A stretch of 61,522 nucleotides of DNA, filler included. It is 8 parts of 8 records of this genome, joined end to end, with 100 filler letters (N's around TTAATTAATTAA, not from the genome) between each part and the next. Parts side by side here need not be neighbours in the genome. Positions count along the whole stretch, not along the records: positions 28,123 to 33,320 come from SRR31147125_54628; positions 33,421 to 39,273 come from SRR31147125_54692; positions 39,374 to 51,045 come from SRR31147125_54707; 5 more parts are not named here. One strand, given 5' to 3'. Within the stretch, counting starts at the first letter, position 1. Every line of letters starts with the position of its first letter. The position numbers were made by a program, and so were the translations under genes. Below the pieces are notes generated by a model. The model was not told where the DNA came from. It saw only the letters and a program-made list of their open reading frames with translations, and did no database searches. This document shows positions 31,244-42,189 of the stretch, one piece after another.

Positions 31244-32835
31244 ATGGAAAATATCTATGAATTTATTTTTCGATCATCTATTGCCATCGGTCTTTTTTAT
31301 TTGGTTTATTGATATTTCTGAGGCAATCTACTCATTTTAAGGCAAACCGACTCTTTTTGCTTTCTGCATTAATTATATCTCTTCTTATTTCAATATTCCC
31401 AATTCAATACGATGTAATGCTAGGTGCACAACCGAAACAACAACTTTTTGAACTGGGTAAAAACGTTAAAAATCTGAATGCTTTAGATGGGTTTGTATTC
31501 GATGAAGATCGAAACATTTCCGTACAGACTATATTTCATATCATCTATTTACTTGGTGTAACTATTTTCTCAAGTCGCTTATTAATTCAGAGCTTAAAGC
31601 CAATTCGTATTATCCTGAAAAACAAGACTCAAAAAAAGGACAAGCGACTCATTATTGAAAATAACATATTTGATTTTCCTTTTTCTTTTTTCAACTATAT
31701 TTTCATTAATCCAACTCATCACAAACAGGAAGAACTAGATGACATTTTAGCTCATGAAAACGTGCACATTCATGAGCGTCACTGGGTCGACCTGCTCATT
31801 ATAGAACTGTTAACAGTATTATTCTGGTTCAACCCATTTATTTGGTTCTTTGAACATTCTATCAAACAAAATCATGAATACCTGGCAGATGAAGGTGTAC
31901 TTTCCCGGGGCCAAACACCAGTCAGGTATCAAGCTTTATTAGTTAACCAGCTAATGGGCATGAAGGTAATTGGTTTATCCAACAGCCTGAACTTTGCCCT
32001 TGGCCCAAATCGTTTAAAAATGATGACGAAACAGAAAACATCAAAAAGTAAGTTAGCACGCCTTGCATGGGGGCTACCTGTTTTAGCAGTACTGCTACTT
32101 GCATTTGCGCAACCTAACTATCAGTATCATACCGAACAACCGGAGAACGAATTAATTGTTAATAACACGCAAAATATTGAAAGCGATAAAGAAATCACGC
32201 TACAAGGTATTGTTCAAGATGAAAGCGGAGATCCACTACCTGGAGCATCTGTTTTAGTAAAAGGAACAGCAATTGGATCGGTTACCGACAGGCAAGGAAA
32301 ATTTACCATAAATATTGCAAAAAAAGGTACCATTGCTTTAGTTGCTTCATTTGTTGGTATGGAGACTACAGAAAATGAAGTAAACATTTCGGACAATGAA
32401 AAAGTGCTGGACTATAAATTTGCAATGAAGAAAGCAGTCATCGGAATCAGTAACGATTTCTCTGATGAAATGCCACCACCGCCTCCGCCACCGCCTGCCG
32501 TAGAAGTAGATAATTCTGAAGATGCCTTTTACATTGTAGAAGAGATGCCACAACACCCGCAAGGACATTATGGCTTGGGGCAATACGTCAAATATCAAAC
32601 GAAAGAATTAAAACAAAAGTTATTTTTTGAAGGCAAAAAACTGAAGGGGAAAGCTACTGTTGGCTTTACAGTGAATACAAAAGGAGAAGTAACAAACGTT
32701 CATATACTTGACAAAACAACTGACATTGCTGCAAAAACGGCTGCAACCATAATTTCTAACATGAAAAAATGGTCGCCAGGAAAACAACGAGGAAAACCAG
32801 TTTCTGTTGACTTTGCAATAGAACTTGAATTCTAA
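31244..32835 (+). CDS. M56/BlaR1-family membrane peptidase with CarboxypepD_reg-like and TonB C-terminal domains, frameshift near 31310
   Basis: AHENVH zinc motif, WFNPFIW, HEYLAD; G.VQDESGDPLPGASV; poly-Pro linker; VEEMP and W.PGKQRGKPV.V. Confidence 0.88.
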
Positions 32836-32857
32836 ACAAATTTCTGAAAACAGGAAT

Positions 32858-32890
32858 AAAAAGGGTGCAAATTTTGCATCCTTTCTTTTT
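32858..32890. terminator. bidirectional-type terminator between convergent genes
   Basis: AAAAGGGTGCAAA-TTTTGCATCCTTT followed by T-run. Confidence 0.6.
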
Positions 32891-32933
32891 GGGTTTAGAA
32901 ACGAGATTGAGTTAAAAGGTTAATTATCGTATG

Positions 32934-33320
32934 TTACCGAAATAGCCAGTATAATTTGGTATAAATAATACTCGCAGATTCATCTAACCAGGCAAGCAAA
33001 TTACTATCTGCATTAGGAGAGTCACAGTTATAGAAAGTATCATCAGCAGTAATTACGCCTACTTCGGCATACGGTTTTAAGGCATTCTTGTAATTAATGT
33101 ATGTTCTTTCCGAATGGAATTTTGAAGTAAATATATTTACTTTCAGCTTTCTTCCAGCTAATGGTTGCTTTGAGAGCCATTCTTTAAAAAGCAAGGAGGC
33201 CTGAAGTGTTTTGTTATTTTTATTTGTGTTGCGCTCAATTCGTTCAAAATAAATATTGCTATAGCCTAATTCTGCCAGATAAAGCTCTGCCTTTTTTGCA
33301 TCTGTCATCGCTAATTCTTC
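32934..33320 (-). CDS. YdcF/DUF218-like protein, 3' fragment
   Basis: VNIFTSKFHSERT resembles the TSxxHxxR motif; cut by contig edge. Confidence 0.45.
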   Translation of the reverse strand, partial: EELAMTDAKKAELYLAELGYSNIYFERIERNTNKNNKTLQASLLFKEWLSKQPLAGRKLKVNIFTSKFHSERTYINYKNALKPYAEVGVITADDTFYNCDSPNADSNLLAWLDESASIIYTKLYWLFR

Positions 33321-33420
33321 NNNNNNNNNNNNNNNNNNNNNNNNNNNNNNNNNNNNNNNNNNNNTTAATTAATTAANNNNNNNNNNNNNNNNNNNNNNNN
33401 NNNNNNNNNNNNNNNNNNNN
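33321..33420. other. artificial contig spacer
   Basis: N44-TTAATTAATTAA-N44. Confidence 0.99.
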
Positions 33421-33450
33421 GATGGCCAGGACATCCAGTTTCTGATCCAT
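33421..33450 (-). CDS. bshB1: first 10 codons of probable bacillithiol deacetylase
   Basis: MDQKLDVLAI matches the KLD(I/V)LA start preceding AHPDD; begins 3 nt after bshC stop. Confidence 0.5.
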
Positions 33451-33452
33451 AT

Positions 33453-35059
33453 TTATAACTCCAAAAGTTGGTGATTTTGATTGGACAAATCTATCGAGTC
33501 GTATATCCGGTCAATAAGTGACCAATTATATTTTACTAAAAAGGGTAATATAGTTAACTGACGTTCCTGTAATTTTCCATTTGGAAGAAGATTTTCTGTT
33601 ATCGTTCTTAATTGTTCTGTTACCACTTTTTCCCGTTGCTGGATAGATTTGACAATTTTTTGCTCCATATTATAGAGTTGTTTTCTCATGTTCGTTTTTG
33701 TTTTTTCGATTACTGATTCAAGGGTAGGATCCACTTTCAGGACATCGGAGCTCAGGCTGCGCCATTCCTTTTCAATAGTGACGCTGGATTCGGCAATTTT
33801 AATGTGGATATCTTTTGGTATTAATGATGTCATTATTTTTTTTATAGTTTCTTCCGCTTCAAGAATAAACGCTTGTGCAGGGATATGATATCGATCGAAA
33901 TGACGTTTCAGTTTCGGTTCGATCAGCGTAAAACCGGCTCGTGGGATCACAACAGGCATGGGTAACTGAAAAGCCTTATAAACGTCTTTGAATTGACCCC
34001 AATAAGCAATCTCTGCGGGACCACCAACATAGGCAATGGTTTGCAACAACGTATCTTCCACAATCGTTCGTAATGTGGCCTTTGGACTGAGATTTTGAGG
34101 TTGATCCAGTAACTCTTCAATGCTGAAAACGTGCCCTGAATTCATGTCCCGATAGCCATTATTTTGTTTTTTCAGGCTATGGCGGCCATTTTTCAGGATA
34201 AACAGTCCCGGACGATCCGGGAAAACCGAGAGTTGACTGTGGTAACCGTTTTTCTTTAACTTTTCGTTTGTTTTCTGAATCTCGGTCGTGGTTATATTTT
34301 CTCGCAATTCCCGTTCAAAAACCGGGCGCATAAAAGGTTTTAACCTGGCATCTGAGGCATCCAGGATGATAATACCATATTTGTGCAGCATTTTTGTGAA
34401 CCAGCAGGCAAAACTGTTGTTAAAGTTTTTCCTGTCTGGTAACACTCCTTCAGGCTTGCAATTATTTCACTTTTAAATTCCGTATCAGCCACGCCTTTTA
34501 TTACGTCGTTTATAACAGATTCAATAGAAGAGTCTAGGATAATGTCTGCAACTGGGATACGATCTTCAAGGTGGCCGGGTTCATAACAGAGTTTAGTAAA
34601 GTTGTTTTTTTTATCAATATAACCGGCCCACTGAACCTCTGCAAAATCGTGATCTTCAGAAACGAGATAAAAAACAGGCACAACAGGGACTTTCAGCACA
34701 TTAGATAATTCCTGTGCATACTTTATGGTTGTTAACGCTTTATAAATAGTGTATAAAGGACCGCTAAACAGTCCCACCTGTTGACCTGTGACAGCAGCTA
34801 AAGTGTCTGATTGTAAAAGTTTATTTATATTTTCAATTGTGGCAGGACTGCACTGATAGGACGTGTTCTGATCCAGCAAAATGTTCACCAATTCCTTGCG
34901 AAAAGGTCGATCGACATTTTTTACAGTTTCAGCCAAACGAAACAAGGTGTTTTTGTCCCGATAATCCCCTTCATAAAAGGGTGAAATTTTTTCGAACGAT
35001 GTCACATAATCCCGGTATAGATCGGATAATCCGGGTAATTCTTGAACAGGAATATTCAT
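33453..35059 (-). CDS. bshC: bacillithiol biosynthesis cysteine-adding enzyme, frameshift near 34423
   Basis: VTGQQVGLFSGPLYTIYKA, SEDHDFAE, AYVGGPAEIAYW, PNGKLQER. Confidence 0.92.
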
Positions 35060-35797
35060 TTTATCCTCTTTTAAGCCAATCATGATGAGTCTGGGTGAGT
35101 TTTGGCTGAACGCCGAACCATCATAACCTCCGTAAACGGCTGTACAAATCAATCCTGCGTCTGCAAAAAAACTGCCAATTTCAGCGATACCATAGGCTCG
35201 GACAGATTCGTTATATTCACGCGTCTCATCATCAGAACGAATAGAGATTTTTTCTTCAATACGAAATGTTTTTTTGTTAAAAGACCGTTCCTGTACTAAC
35301 CGGAAACCATCTTTTTCTTTTGTGTCTCGTGGCACCAGAGTGGAAAGTGTATATGCGATATTTAGATAGTCCAGGAAAAAGAGCCCATGTTGTTTTAAAG
35401 ATCTGGCAGCTGATTTGATCACCCGGCCATTTTCTTCATCGGAATCGAAATAACCAAAGCTTGTGAACAGGCTTAGAATGGCATCAAATTTATTGGTAAA
35501 TGGAATATCCCGCATATCATTATTAAGAAAGTGGATATTCAGCTTTTGTTGTATTGCATGTTCCCGGGCGATTTTTAATAAATGCTCAGAAAGATCAATA
35601 CCTGTTACGTGTATGTTCTTTTTTGCCAATTCCAGAGAATGACGTCCATAACCACACCCCAAATCCAGAACATGTTGATTGGCTTTTATGTTGAGCACCT
35701 TTGTCGCAAAATCAACATGAGTTTTCGCCTCTCGTTGATCCCGATGAGAATATATCCTTAAATAATCCTTGCCAAATGAACGTTTATACCATGTCAT
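35060..35797 (-). CDS. class I SAM methyltransferase running in frame into bshC with no stop
   Basis: VLDLGCGYGRH, GIDLS, DMRDIP, LFTSFGYF, YNESVR, SPRLI. Confidence 0.88.
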
Positions 35798-35986
35798 GCG
35801 ATCGTTTTCAGAGTGACTGAACCTTTCTTTTTTTATTCTTTCGTGAAATCATGTCTTTTGAGTGATACATCAACAATAAAGCAAAACATGTTCAAGATTA
35901 TGAAACGGACTTGAATCTTGCTTTATTGCAAAATAATGACTAAATTTAATAATTCAATAGAAACAATTTACTAAATTATAGAGACG

Positions 35987-36631
35987 ATGAAAAGATTTAA
36001 ACTGGTTATTTTTGATCTCGACGGGACACTGCTGGACACGTTGCCGGATGTGTTAGCTTGTGCAAATATTGCATTGGAAAAAATGCAGTTACCTCAACTC
36101 AATGCAGAGCAAATTAAAAAAGCCATTGGTCCGGGTTCTGATGTGTTCGCCAGAGTGACCATGGGTGTTGGAAATGAACATCGATTAGGCGAGTTTTTCT
36201 CGATATTCAGACCACAATATGAAGAAAAAAGACTGGAAAAAACAGGCCCTTTTGAAGGAATCAGGAACGTCCTGGATCAACTCAGTGATCTTAATTTGGC
36301 GGTTGCAACAAACAAACCCCTCGTTTCAACAAAGCCTATGATTAAGGGCCTTGGTATGGATCATTATTTTGATCTGATTGCCGGACCTGAACTCGTCACC
36401 AAAACAAAACCGGATCCGGAGATGATCCATTATACTCTCAACTATTTTGGTCTTCCCGCTGAAAGCGCAATTCTTATCGGAGATACGAATAACGATATTC
36501 TGGCGGCACAGGCAATTAACGTAAAAACATGCGCTGTTGGTTGGGGGTATTCGTCAAAACATGACCTGCTTAGTCTCGGACCTGATTATTATATTGAAGA
36601 TCCATCTGATTTATTGCGACTGTTTTATTGA
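35987..36631 (+). CDS. gph: HAD hydrolase, phosphoglycolate phosphatase-like
   Basis: FDLDGTL, ATNK, KPDP, IGDTNND. Confidence 0.8.
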   Translation: MKRFKLVIFDLDGTLLDTLPDVLACANIALEKMQLPQLNAEQIKKAIGPGSDVFARVTMGVGNEHRLGEFFSIFRPQYEEKRLEKTGPFEGIRNVLDQLSDLNLAVATNKPLVSTKPMIKGLGMDHYFDLIAGPELVTKTKPDPEMIHYTLNYFGLPAESAILIGDTNNDILAAQAINVKTCAVGWGYSSKHDLLSLGPDYYIEDPSDLLRLFY

Positions 36632-36748
36632 TTTCCATCTTTTTTTGGATCGACTTTTATTTGCTAATTATTAACAGCCCATTTTGATCGACTTGTTTTC
36701 CGGGTAAAATACGGATGTGATCAAAACCACATGCAAAAGCAGGATGCC

Positions 36749-37246
36749 ATGAAAAAAGATAATCTCTATTTACCAACCTATGAAGGATGTATCGTCTGTG
36801 GTCAGAAAGAAAAGAATCCCAATACGTTGAATTTGAGATTCAAAGTAACAGATGAAGGTGTCGAGTTACCATTTACGCCGATTTACAAGCAGGAAGGTTA
36901 TCAGGGAATTGTTCATGGAGGCGTTATTTGTTCTTTACTGGATGAAACGATTGGCTGGGCTGTAGCTGTTGACAGAAAAAAGTATTTTATTACCGGCGAG
37001 TTAAATGTTCGTTTTGTTCGCTCTTTACCTGTGGGCACAAGTGTGGTTGTTAAAGGGCGCACTCTGGAACACAAATCACGGTATTCCACTGCAGAGGGTG
37101 AAATTATCGATCAACAAGGAACCATCTACGCCAAAGCAAAAGGAAAGTTTTTTCTCATGCCGGACGAAAAAGCCCGGGAGGTGCATAATTATCTGACTTT
37201 TCGTGAGGGTGATATGGACATTTTGGATGGTTCGAAAGAAGATTAA
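36749..37246 (+). CDS. PaaI-family hotdog thioesterase
   Basis: CIVCG..NP, GIVHGG, LLDE motifs. Confidence 0.88.
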   Translation: MKKDNLYLPTYEGCIVCGQKEKNPNTLNLRFKVTDEGVELPFTPIYKQEGYQGIVHGGVICSLLDETIGWAVAVDRKKYFITGELNVRFVRSLPVGTSVVVKGRTLEHKSRYSTAEGEIIDQQGTIYAKAKGKFFLMPDEKAREVHNYLTFREGDMDILDGSKED

Positions 37247-38454
37247 AACAACGACATGATTTTTTTCAGAGCTTTCATGTTTTCCTTTTCTGCGATATAG
37301 AGCTTTAAAAGTGGTTCTTTAATACTATCCAGTAACTCCATACTTTTATCCTTATTCAGGGGAAAATCCTTTTCCATTACCTCTTTAATTTCTCTTTCCC
37401 GTTGAACAATTTTCGTCATGTCAGAGAGACCGGCTTCTCCTTTTTCCACAAAAATAAGTTCCTTACGGTAGGCAAGTTCTTTTGTTTCTTTTAAAAGCGG
37501 AACAGAGTCTGGTAACAGACTGTCAGCGACATCTTTCCACTGCCGTGCGGTATCCCGGTACTGAAAGGCGATCTCTTTTAATTTATTTTTATGTAAAATG
37601 TCACCAGCTTCTTCTATAAAGTCTGCATATAATTCCCGTAATGCGCTACCCCCTGTTCCCAATATCTCAATACAATAAAAAGCCCGTTTTAAACCTTCAT
37701 AGAGAAAGGGACCGGGTTTAAAAATCCGTGGCCACCCTTTTTTATCCGTTGTGTTATTCACCAGATCCGCCCATTTTCTCAGTCCATTAATACCGAAATT
37801 AGTGACAGGATTGGGTGGATTAATCATTTTTTCAATACATATGAGCAAACCCTCTCTGACTGCTTTTTCAAGATTTATATCCGTTTCTGGTAGACTGATA
37901 ACCGTACTTTTATTTTTGAGTGAGTTTATTCGTGATCGCGCTAATGACATCTCGTCAGCTGACATGCTCACAAAGACTTTTGATCTGTCTGCCAGGAGAT
38001 ATCGATCTGTTTTCTCTTCATACCCGTACACAACCACAGCATGATCCATACACTGGTTTAGTAATGGATAATAAGGGCAACGTTCCATTTCCAAATGAAC
38101 GATGACCGGCTGATTTTTAAACAAAGAGTCTTTTAAATGCTTGTCTGCCAATGCTGAACTTGTTGTGGTTTTAACTGACGTTTTTAGCCCCAGTCTTTTA
38201 TAAAGGCCATTCATATAGTCGCCGTACCGGGTCTTGTATCGGTGAGCGACACCGATATAAAGGTTTGGAGGAAAACCTTCATATTCAAAGGTAAAATAGC
38301 TGAGCCCTATGCCACCGCTTATGCCAAAGAGTAAGGCCTCACTAAAAGGTTTGTTGTCAAAAGGAGAAACCAATCCCAAATGAGCTAATACATGACTTAC
38401 CGAGGCTGTTTCACCGTAACGCCCACCAAATTCAGAATAATCTTCTAAAATCAT
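37243..38454 (-). CDS. BtrH_N/DUF4872-like protein
   Basis: SEALLFGISGG, HAVVVYGY, GTGGSALRELYADF. Confidence 0.75.
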   Translation of the reverse strand: MILEDYSEFGGRYGETASVSHVLAHLGLVSPFDNKPFSEALLFGISGGIGLSYFTFEYEGFPPNLYIGVAHRYKTRYGDYMNGLYKRLGLKTSVKTTTSSALADKHLKDSLFKNQPVIVHLEMERCPYYPLLNQCMDHAVVVYGYEEKTDRYLLADRSKVFVSMSADEMSLARSRINSLKNKSTVISLPETDINLEKAVREGLLICIEKMINPPNPVTNFGINGLRKWADLVNNTTDKKGWPRIFKPGPFLYEGLKRAFYCIEILGTGGSALRELYADFIEEAGDILHKNKLKEIAFQYRDTARQWKDVADSLLPDSVPLLKETKELAYRKELIFVEKGEAGLSDMTKIVQREREIKEVMEKDFPLNKDKSMELLDSIKEPLLKLYIAEKENMKALKKIMSLF

Positions 38455-38488
38455 AAAGAATCCTCTTATGATAAATAATCCCTAATAT

Positions 38489-39273
38489 TCACACACTCTC
38501 ATAATAAAACCGTGGATGCAGATCTGCAGAGGTGATATTTTTTGATAATACCAGGTGACGCCTTATGTCTGTACATAAATCGCATTTGGAAAAATAATAA
38601 TCTCTGACTTTAAAGCCGAATTGTTCCGTCACTAATTCAGAAAGTCCTTTTATACCATTTGAATAAAGTACTGTTAGAAACGGATACTTTGTCGGATCAA
38701 TTGGTTGACCCAGGTCGTCTCTTTCAATGGATAAACCGGAACAGAGGCCCGGAATATAATTTCCGTAAAGATCTATATGGAAATGGCTGACATCTTTTAG
38801 CTCATGGCAGCCGGAATTGTTGTTTTTTAAAATATTTTCATAGCTTACAGGCTGTGTATAAGGTTTTAAAAAAGACAGAGCCCGACCGCGAATGGAGAGA
38901 TGATATCTGTAGGCTAGATTTTTTAGGTAACCAGGTCCAAACTTTTTCTCGTATTCTGACAGAGAATGTGTCTTCTGGTCGTCAAAACGAGTGATTTCAT
39001 CATAAAACTCATAGATCCAGGGAAAAATATCTATTCCCACCTGCTGACAGGCAGCTAATACACCTTTAACCTTATAGAAAGGAATGAATTCATTATGAAA
39101 AGGACTCATGGAGACTAACAGGGTGGAAAGACCATGGGATTTTAAATCCTTTAAAAGAGATGTTGCTGATTGCAGATTCCGAAACCAGGATGAATTTGTT
39201 TCAACGTATTCGATGGTCACGCCAGCCTGATTGGCCACATCCAACACCTCTATCAAACCTGTGGAATTCAATA
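38489..39273 (-). CDS. probable radical SAM protein, 3' part
   Basis: YVETNSSW, VSMSPFH, HIDLYGN, CDLC; CxxxCxxC would lie beyond the contig edge. Confidence 0.6.
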
Positions 39274-39373
39274 NNNNNNNNNNNNNNNNNNNNNNNNNNN
39301 NNNNNNNNNNNNNNNNNTTAATTAATTAANNNNNNNNNNNNNNNNNNNNNNNNNNNNNNNNNNNNNNNNNNNN
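39274..39373. other. artificial contig spacer
   Basis: N44-TTAATTAATTAA-N44. Confidence 0.99.
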
Positions 39374-41062
39374 TTTTTCAGGAATTGAAATTCCGCAAAT
39401 TTCAAGAGCTTGGTTAATTGTATTATAGGTTTTTCCTGTTCCGGGAGGACCGTATAATATTTGGTTTTGAGGAAAATTGATATTATTCATTGTAGATGTT
39501 TTTAATTCGGTTTGAAGATTTAATTGTTTCTCAGAAAAAGCAATCCTCAAAATTTTTTCTTGATAGTTTTGATTGAATGCAGCTTTACGATAAGCAGGAT
39601 TATCGTGTCGGATAAAATTAGAATGAACAGAACGTTTTAATTCTATTGAAACCGATTCAAACCAAAACGTATTTAATTCTTCATCCACCTCCTTTTTAAA
39701 CGAATATTTTGTCCAAAGCGGAGGTTTTTCCTCTCCTCTCAAAGCTTCGAAATTAGTTGTATCTACATAATTCTTCAGTCGTCGTATTTTCCTTTTTTCA
39801 TTATCAGGAAGAATTACTTTATAAAACTCATTGCCGGTTTTTATTACATATCGATGAGAAATTGTTACCGGGATTTCTTTATTCGACTGAGGTGTAGAAA
39901 ATACAATTCGTTGGTCTGATTCTTCAAGCTTGAAATGTTTTGTTAGTTGATCTATTTTTTTGAAATGAAAATCGATGGCATTTTTATCGCCTATTTTTCT
40001 GATAAGTTGAATCAATTTAAATTCATCTTCTGAAACAGTCACAACCTCATTTATCTTATTCAGAAAAAATTCATATTGCTCTTTTGTGGCCTTTAAGTTT
40101 GTACCTTGATTACCTCCTTGAAAATTTTCAAATCCTGTAATATCTAAAATCTCATTTTTTAAAATTGGAGAGTTTACAATATTCTCATCAATATCTAATT
40201 CCACATAATGACCTTCTCCTTCTTCCAAAACTTCAGAAGTAACAATGCACAATCCATAACACCCACTTTTATTTCCTGTTACCCAAAGAATAACTTTATC
40301 TCCACTTTTAATATCTTTTTTATGAGCAGAAACTCGCCATGTTTCTTTATTTGCTCCTTGCCATTCATTAAAAATATCGTATTGTTCAGGATTACATTGA
40401 AACACCCAAAAATTTGGCTCGGGGTAAACATCCAAAGAATAAAACAAAATATCTTGTGCCAAAATTATTTGTTTCTCATCTTTCCAAGCATCATTAGGGA
40501 GTTTGGCGTTAGTTAAATCCCAAAGTTCATCATCATTTAGTACATGGTTCTGCCGAAAAACTTCCAGCAATTCTAAATAATGAGAATATTTTTTGCCTTT
40601 TCGGGCTTTCTTTTTACCTATAAGTTTACAGTATTTGGTATAAAAAGAATCTTTAAAAAGACTGTATTTTTCAGGATACCGAAAAGTGAGATATACACCA
40701 ACAGTTCGTTCATCCTGAAATCCATTTAATTTAGAATCAATTGAAGTAATGAGTGTATGCATTTTTTTATCAAACCCTGCGACTCTTTCATTTAAATCAA
40801 TCGATTCATCAAATAGAAATCGGAATAATTCTCTGGTTTCTTCGGGTTTATCATTCGCTACCCTATGGACAGTACCACTTGCAAGGTTATATAGTAAGTT
40901 AACTTGCTTCTTTAATGCATGGCGTAGCATTTTATTAAAGTCTGCTGCCTCAATATCCCAATTCTCCTGAAAATGTTGGATAGCCAGGTATTTATAAAAT
41001 TCGTCTTCGTGTCCGTGTTCGCGCTTAATTTCTTTGTAACGCTGAATGAGGTCTGATTGCAT
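39374..41062 (-). CDS. mcrB: McrB-family AAA+ GTPase with EVE domain (3' truncated)
   Basis: NQILYGPPGTGKTY Walker A typical of McrB; EVE-like WVFQCNP..W..IKSGDKVILW..G. Confidence 0.78.
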
Positions 41063-41147
41063 AAATTGGTTTTTCTGGTAATTTTTTTTGATAACCTTAA
41101 ATGTAGCAATTCTAACAAAACTTAAAATGAAATTATGTTAGTTTTTC

Positions 41148-41266
41148 CAAATCCAGCGGATTTGAACGTTTATAGAAAAGAAAGACGTAAGAATGTACGA
41201 CTCCAGCCGGAGTCGAATGTTTGCCTGGTTAAAAAATTGCTATAAACGTTTGATACAGCTGGAATC
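41148..41266. repeat. REP/BIME-like palindromic element
   Basis: hairpins CAAATCC-AGC-GGATTTG, CGACTCC-AGCC-GGAGTCG and a degenerate third, plus AACGTTTATAG/CTATAAACGTT inverted repeat. Confidence 0.65.
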
Positions 41267-41463
41267 ACACCCATTATTTGATAAAAATAAATTTCCTTTT
41301 TCACTCCCCAAACTTTCTTCTTTCTTTTAACCTCCAACGTCATCCTTTCCCTTTTCGCCGATAAAATCCGCCTCTTTAGCTATAACCAAATTCATATTTC
41401 ATTCCTGTTATCTATTTTTGAATCAGCCAAGAAACAATTATTAACAGCTCAGAAAACAGAAAA

Positions 41464-42069
41464 ATGAAAACTCAACAAAAAACCGTTGGTGATGTAATTA
41501 CAGGCACCGGCCACGAACAGATTCCCAATGTATTTTTCAGAATGATGACATTTATTATGAAACTAACTGATTTATTAGGAAATCAATCTGAAAAAAATTT
41601 TAAAACGCTGGGATTGAAAGAAGGACAAATTGTAGTTGATTACGGTTGCGGTCCGGCACGTTATGTAAAAAATGCATCGGAGACAGTTGGCCACAAAGGG
41701 AAAGTTTATGCCGTAGACATTCATCCAATGGCCATTGCCAACGTAAATCGAAAAATTGAGAAATACGGATTAAAAAACGTAGAAGCCATTCAAGCCAACG
41801 GTTATTCGTGTACCGTTCCCAACAGAGTTGCCGATGTGGTTTATGCTCTCGATATGTTTCACATGATTGAGCAACCTACCGAGTTACTAAAAGAACTGGC
41901 ACGAATGGTTACTTTCCGTGGCATAATCATCATTGAAGACGGGCATCAAGCTCGTTCTAAAACCATTCAGAAAATAGAAGATTCGAAACTATTGTGCGTT
42001 TGCAAACAAAATAAACACCACGTAGTTTGCATGCTGAAAGAAACAAAGTGTCTGCCGGCTCCGAAATAG
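41464..42069 (+). CDS. class I SAM-dependent methyltransferase
   Basis: VVDYGCGP, VYAVDIH, DMFH. Confidence 0.85.
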   Translation: MKTQQKTVGDVITGTGHEQIPNVFFRMMTFIMKLTDLLGNQSEKNFKTLGLKEGQIVVDYGCGPARYVKNASETVGHKGKVYAVDIHPMAIANVNRKIEKYGLKNVEAIQANGYSCTVPNRVADVVYALDMFHMIEQPTELLKELARMVTFRGIIIIEDGHQARSKTIQKIEDSKLLCVCKQNKHHVVCMLKETKCLPAPK

Positions 42070-42189
42070 CTGACATTGTGTAACCCCCGTCACTCAACCT
42101 GCTAAAGAACATAGTATAAACAAGTTATTCGCCGAAACTTTCATAGATATTTTTTTGTTTAACTAACAAAAAACAATAATTCTAATCAT

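Noticed and set aside
31310-31312. In-frame TGA as selenocysteine or recoded Trp in the M56 gene
   Set aside because: The protein continues in a different frame, so it is an indel, not readthrough
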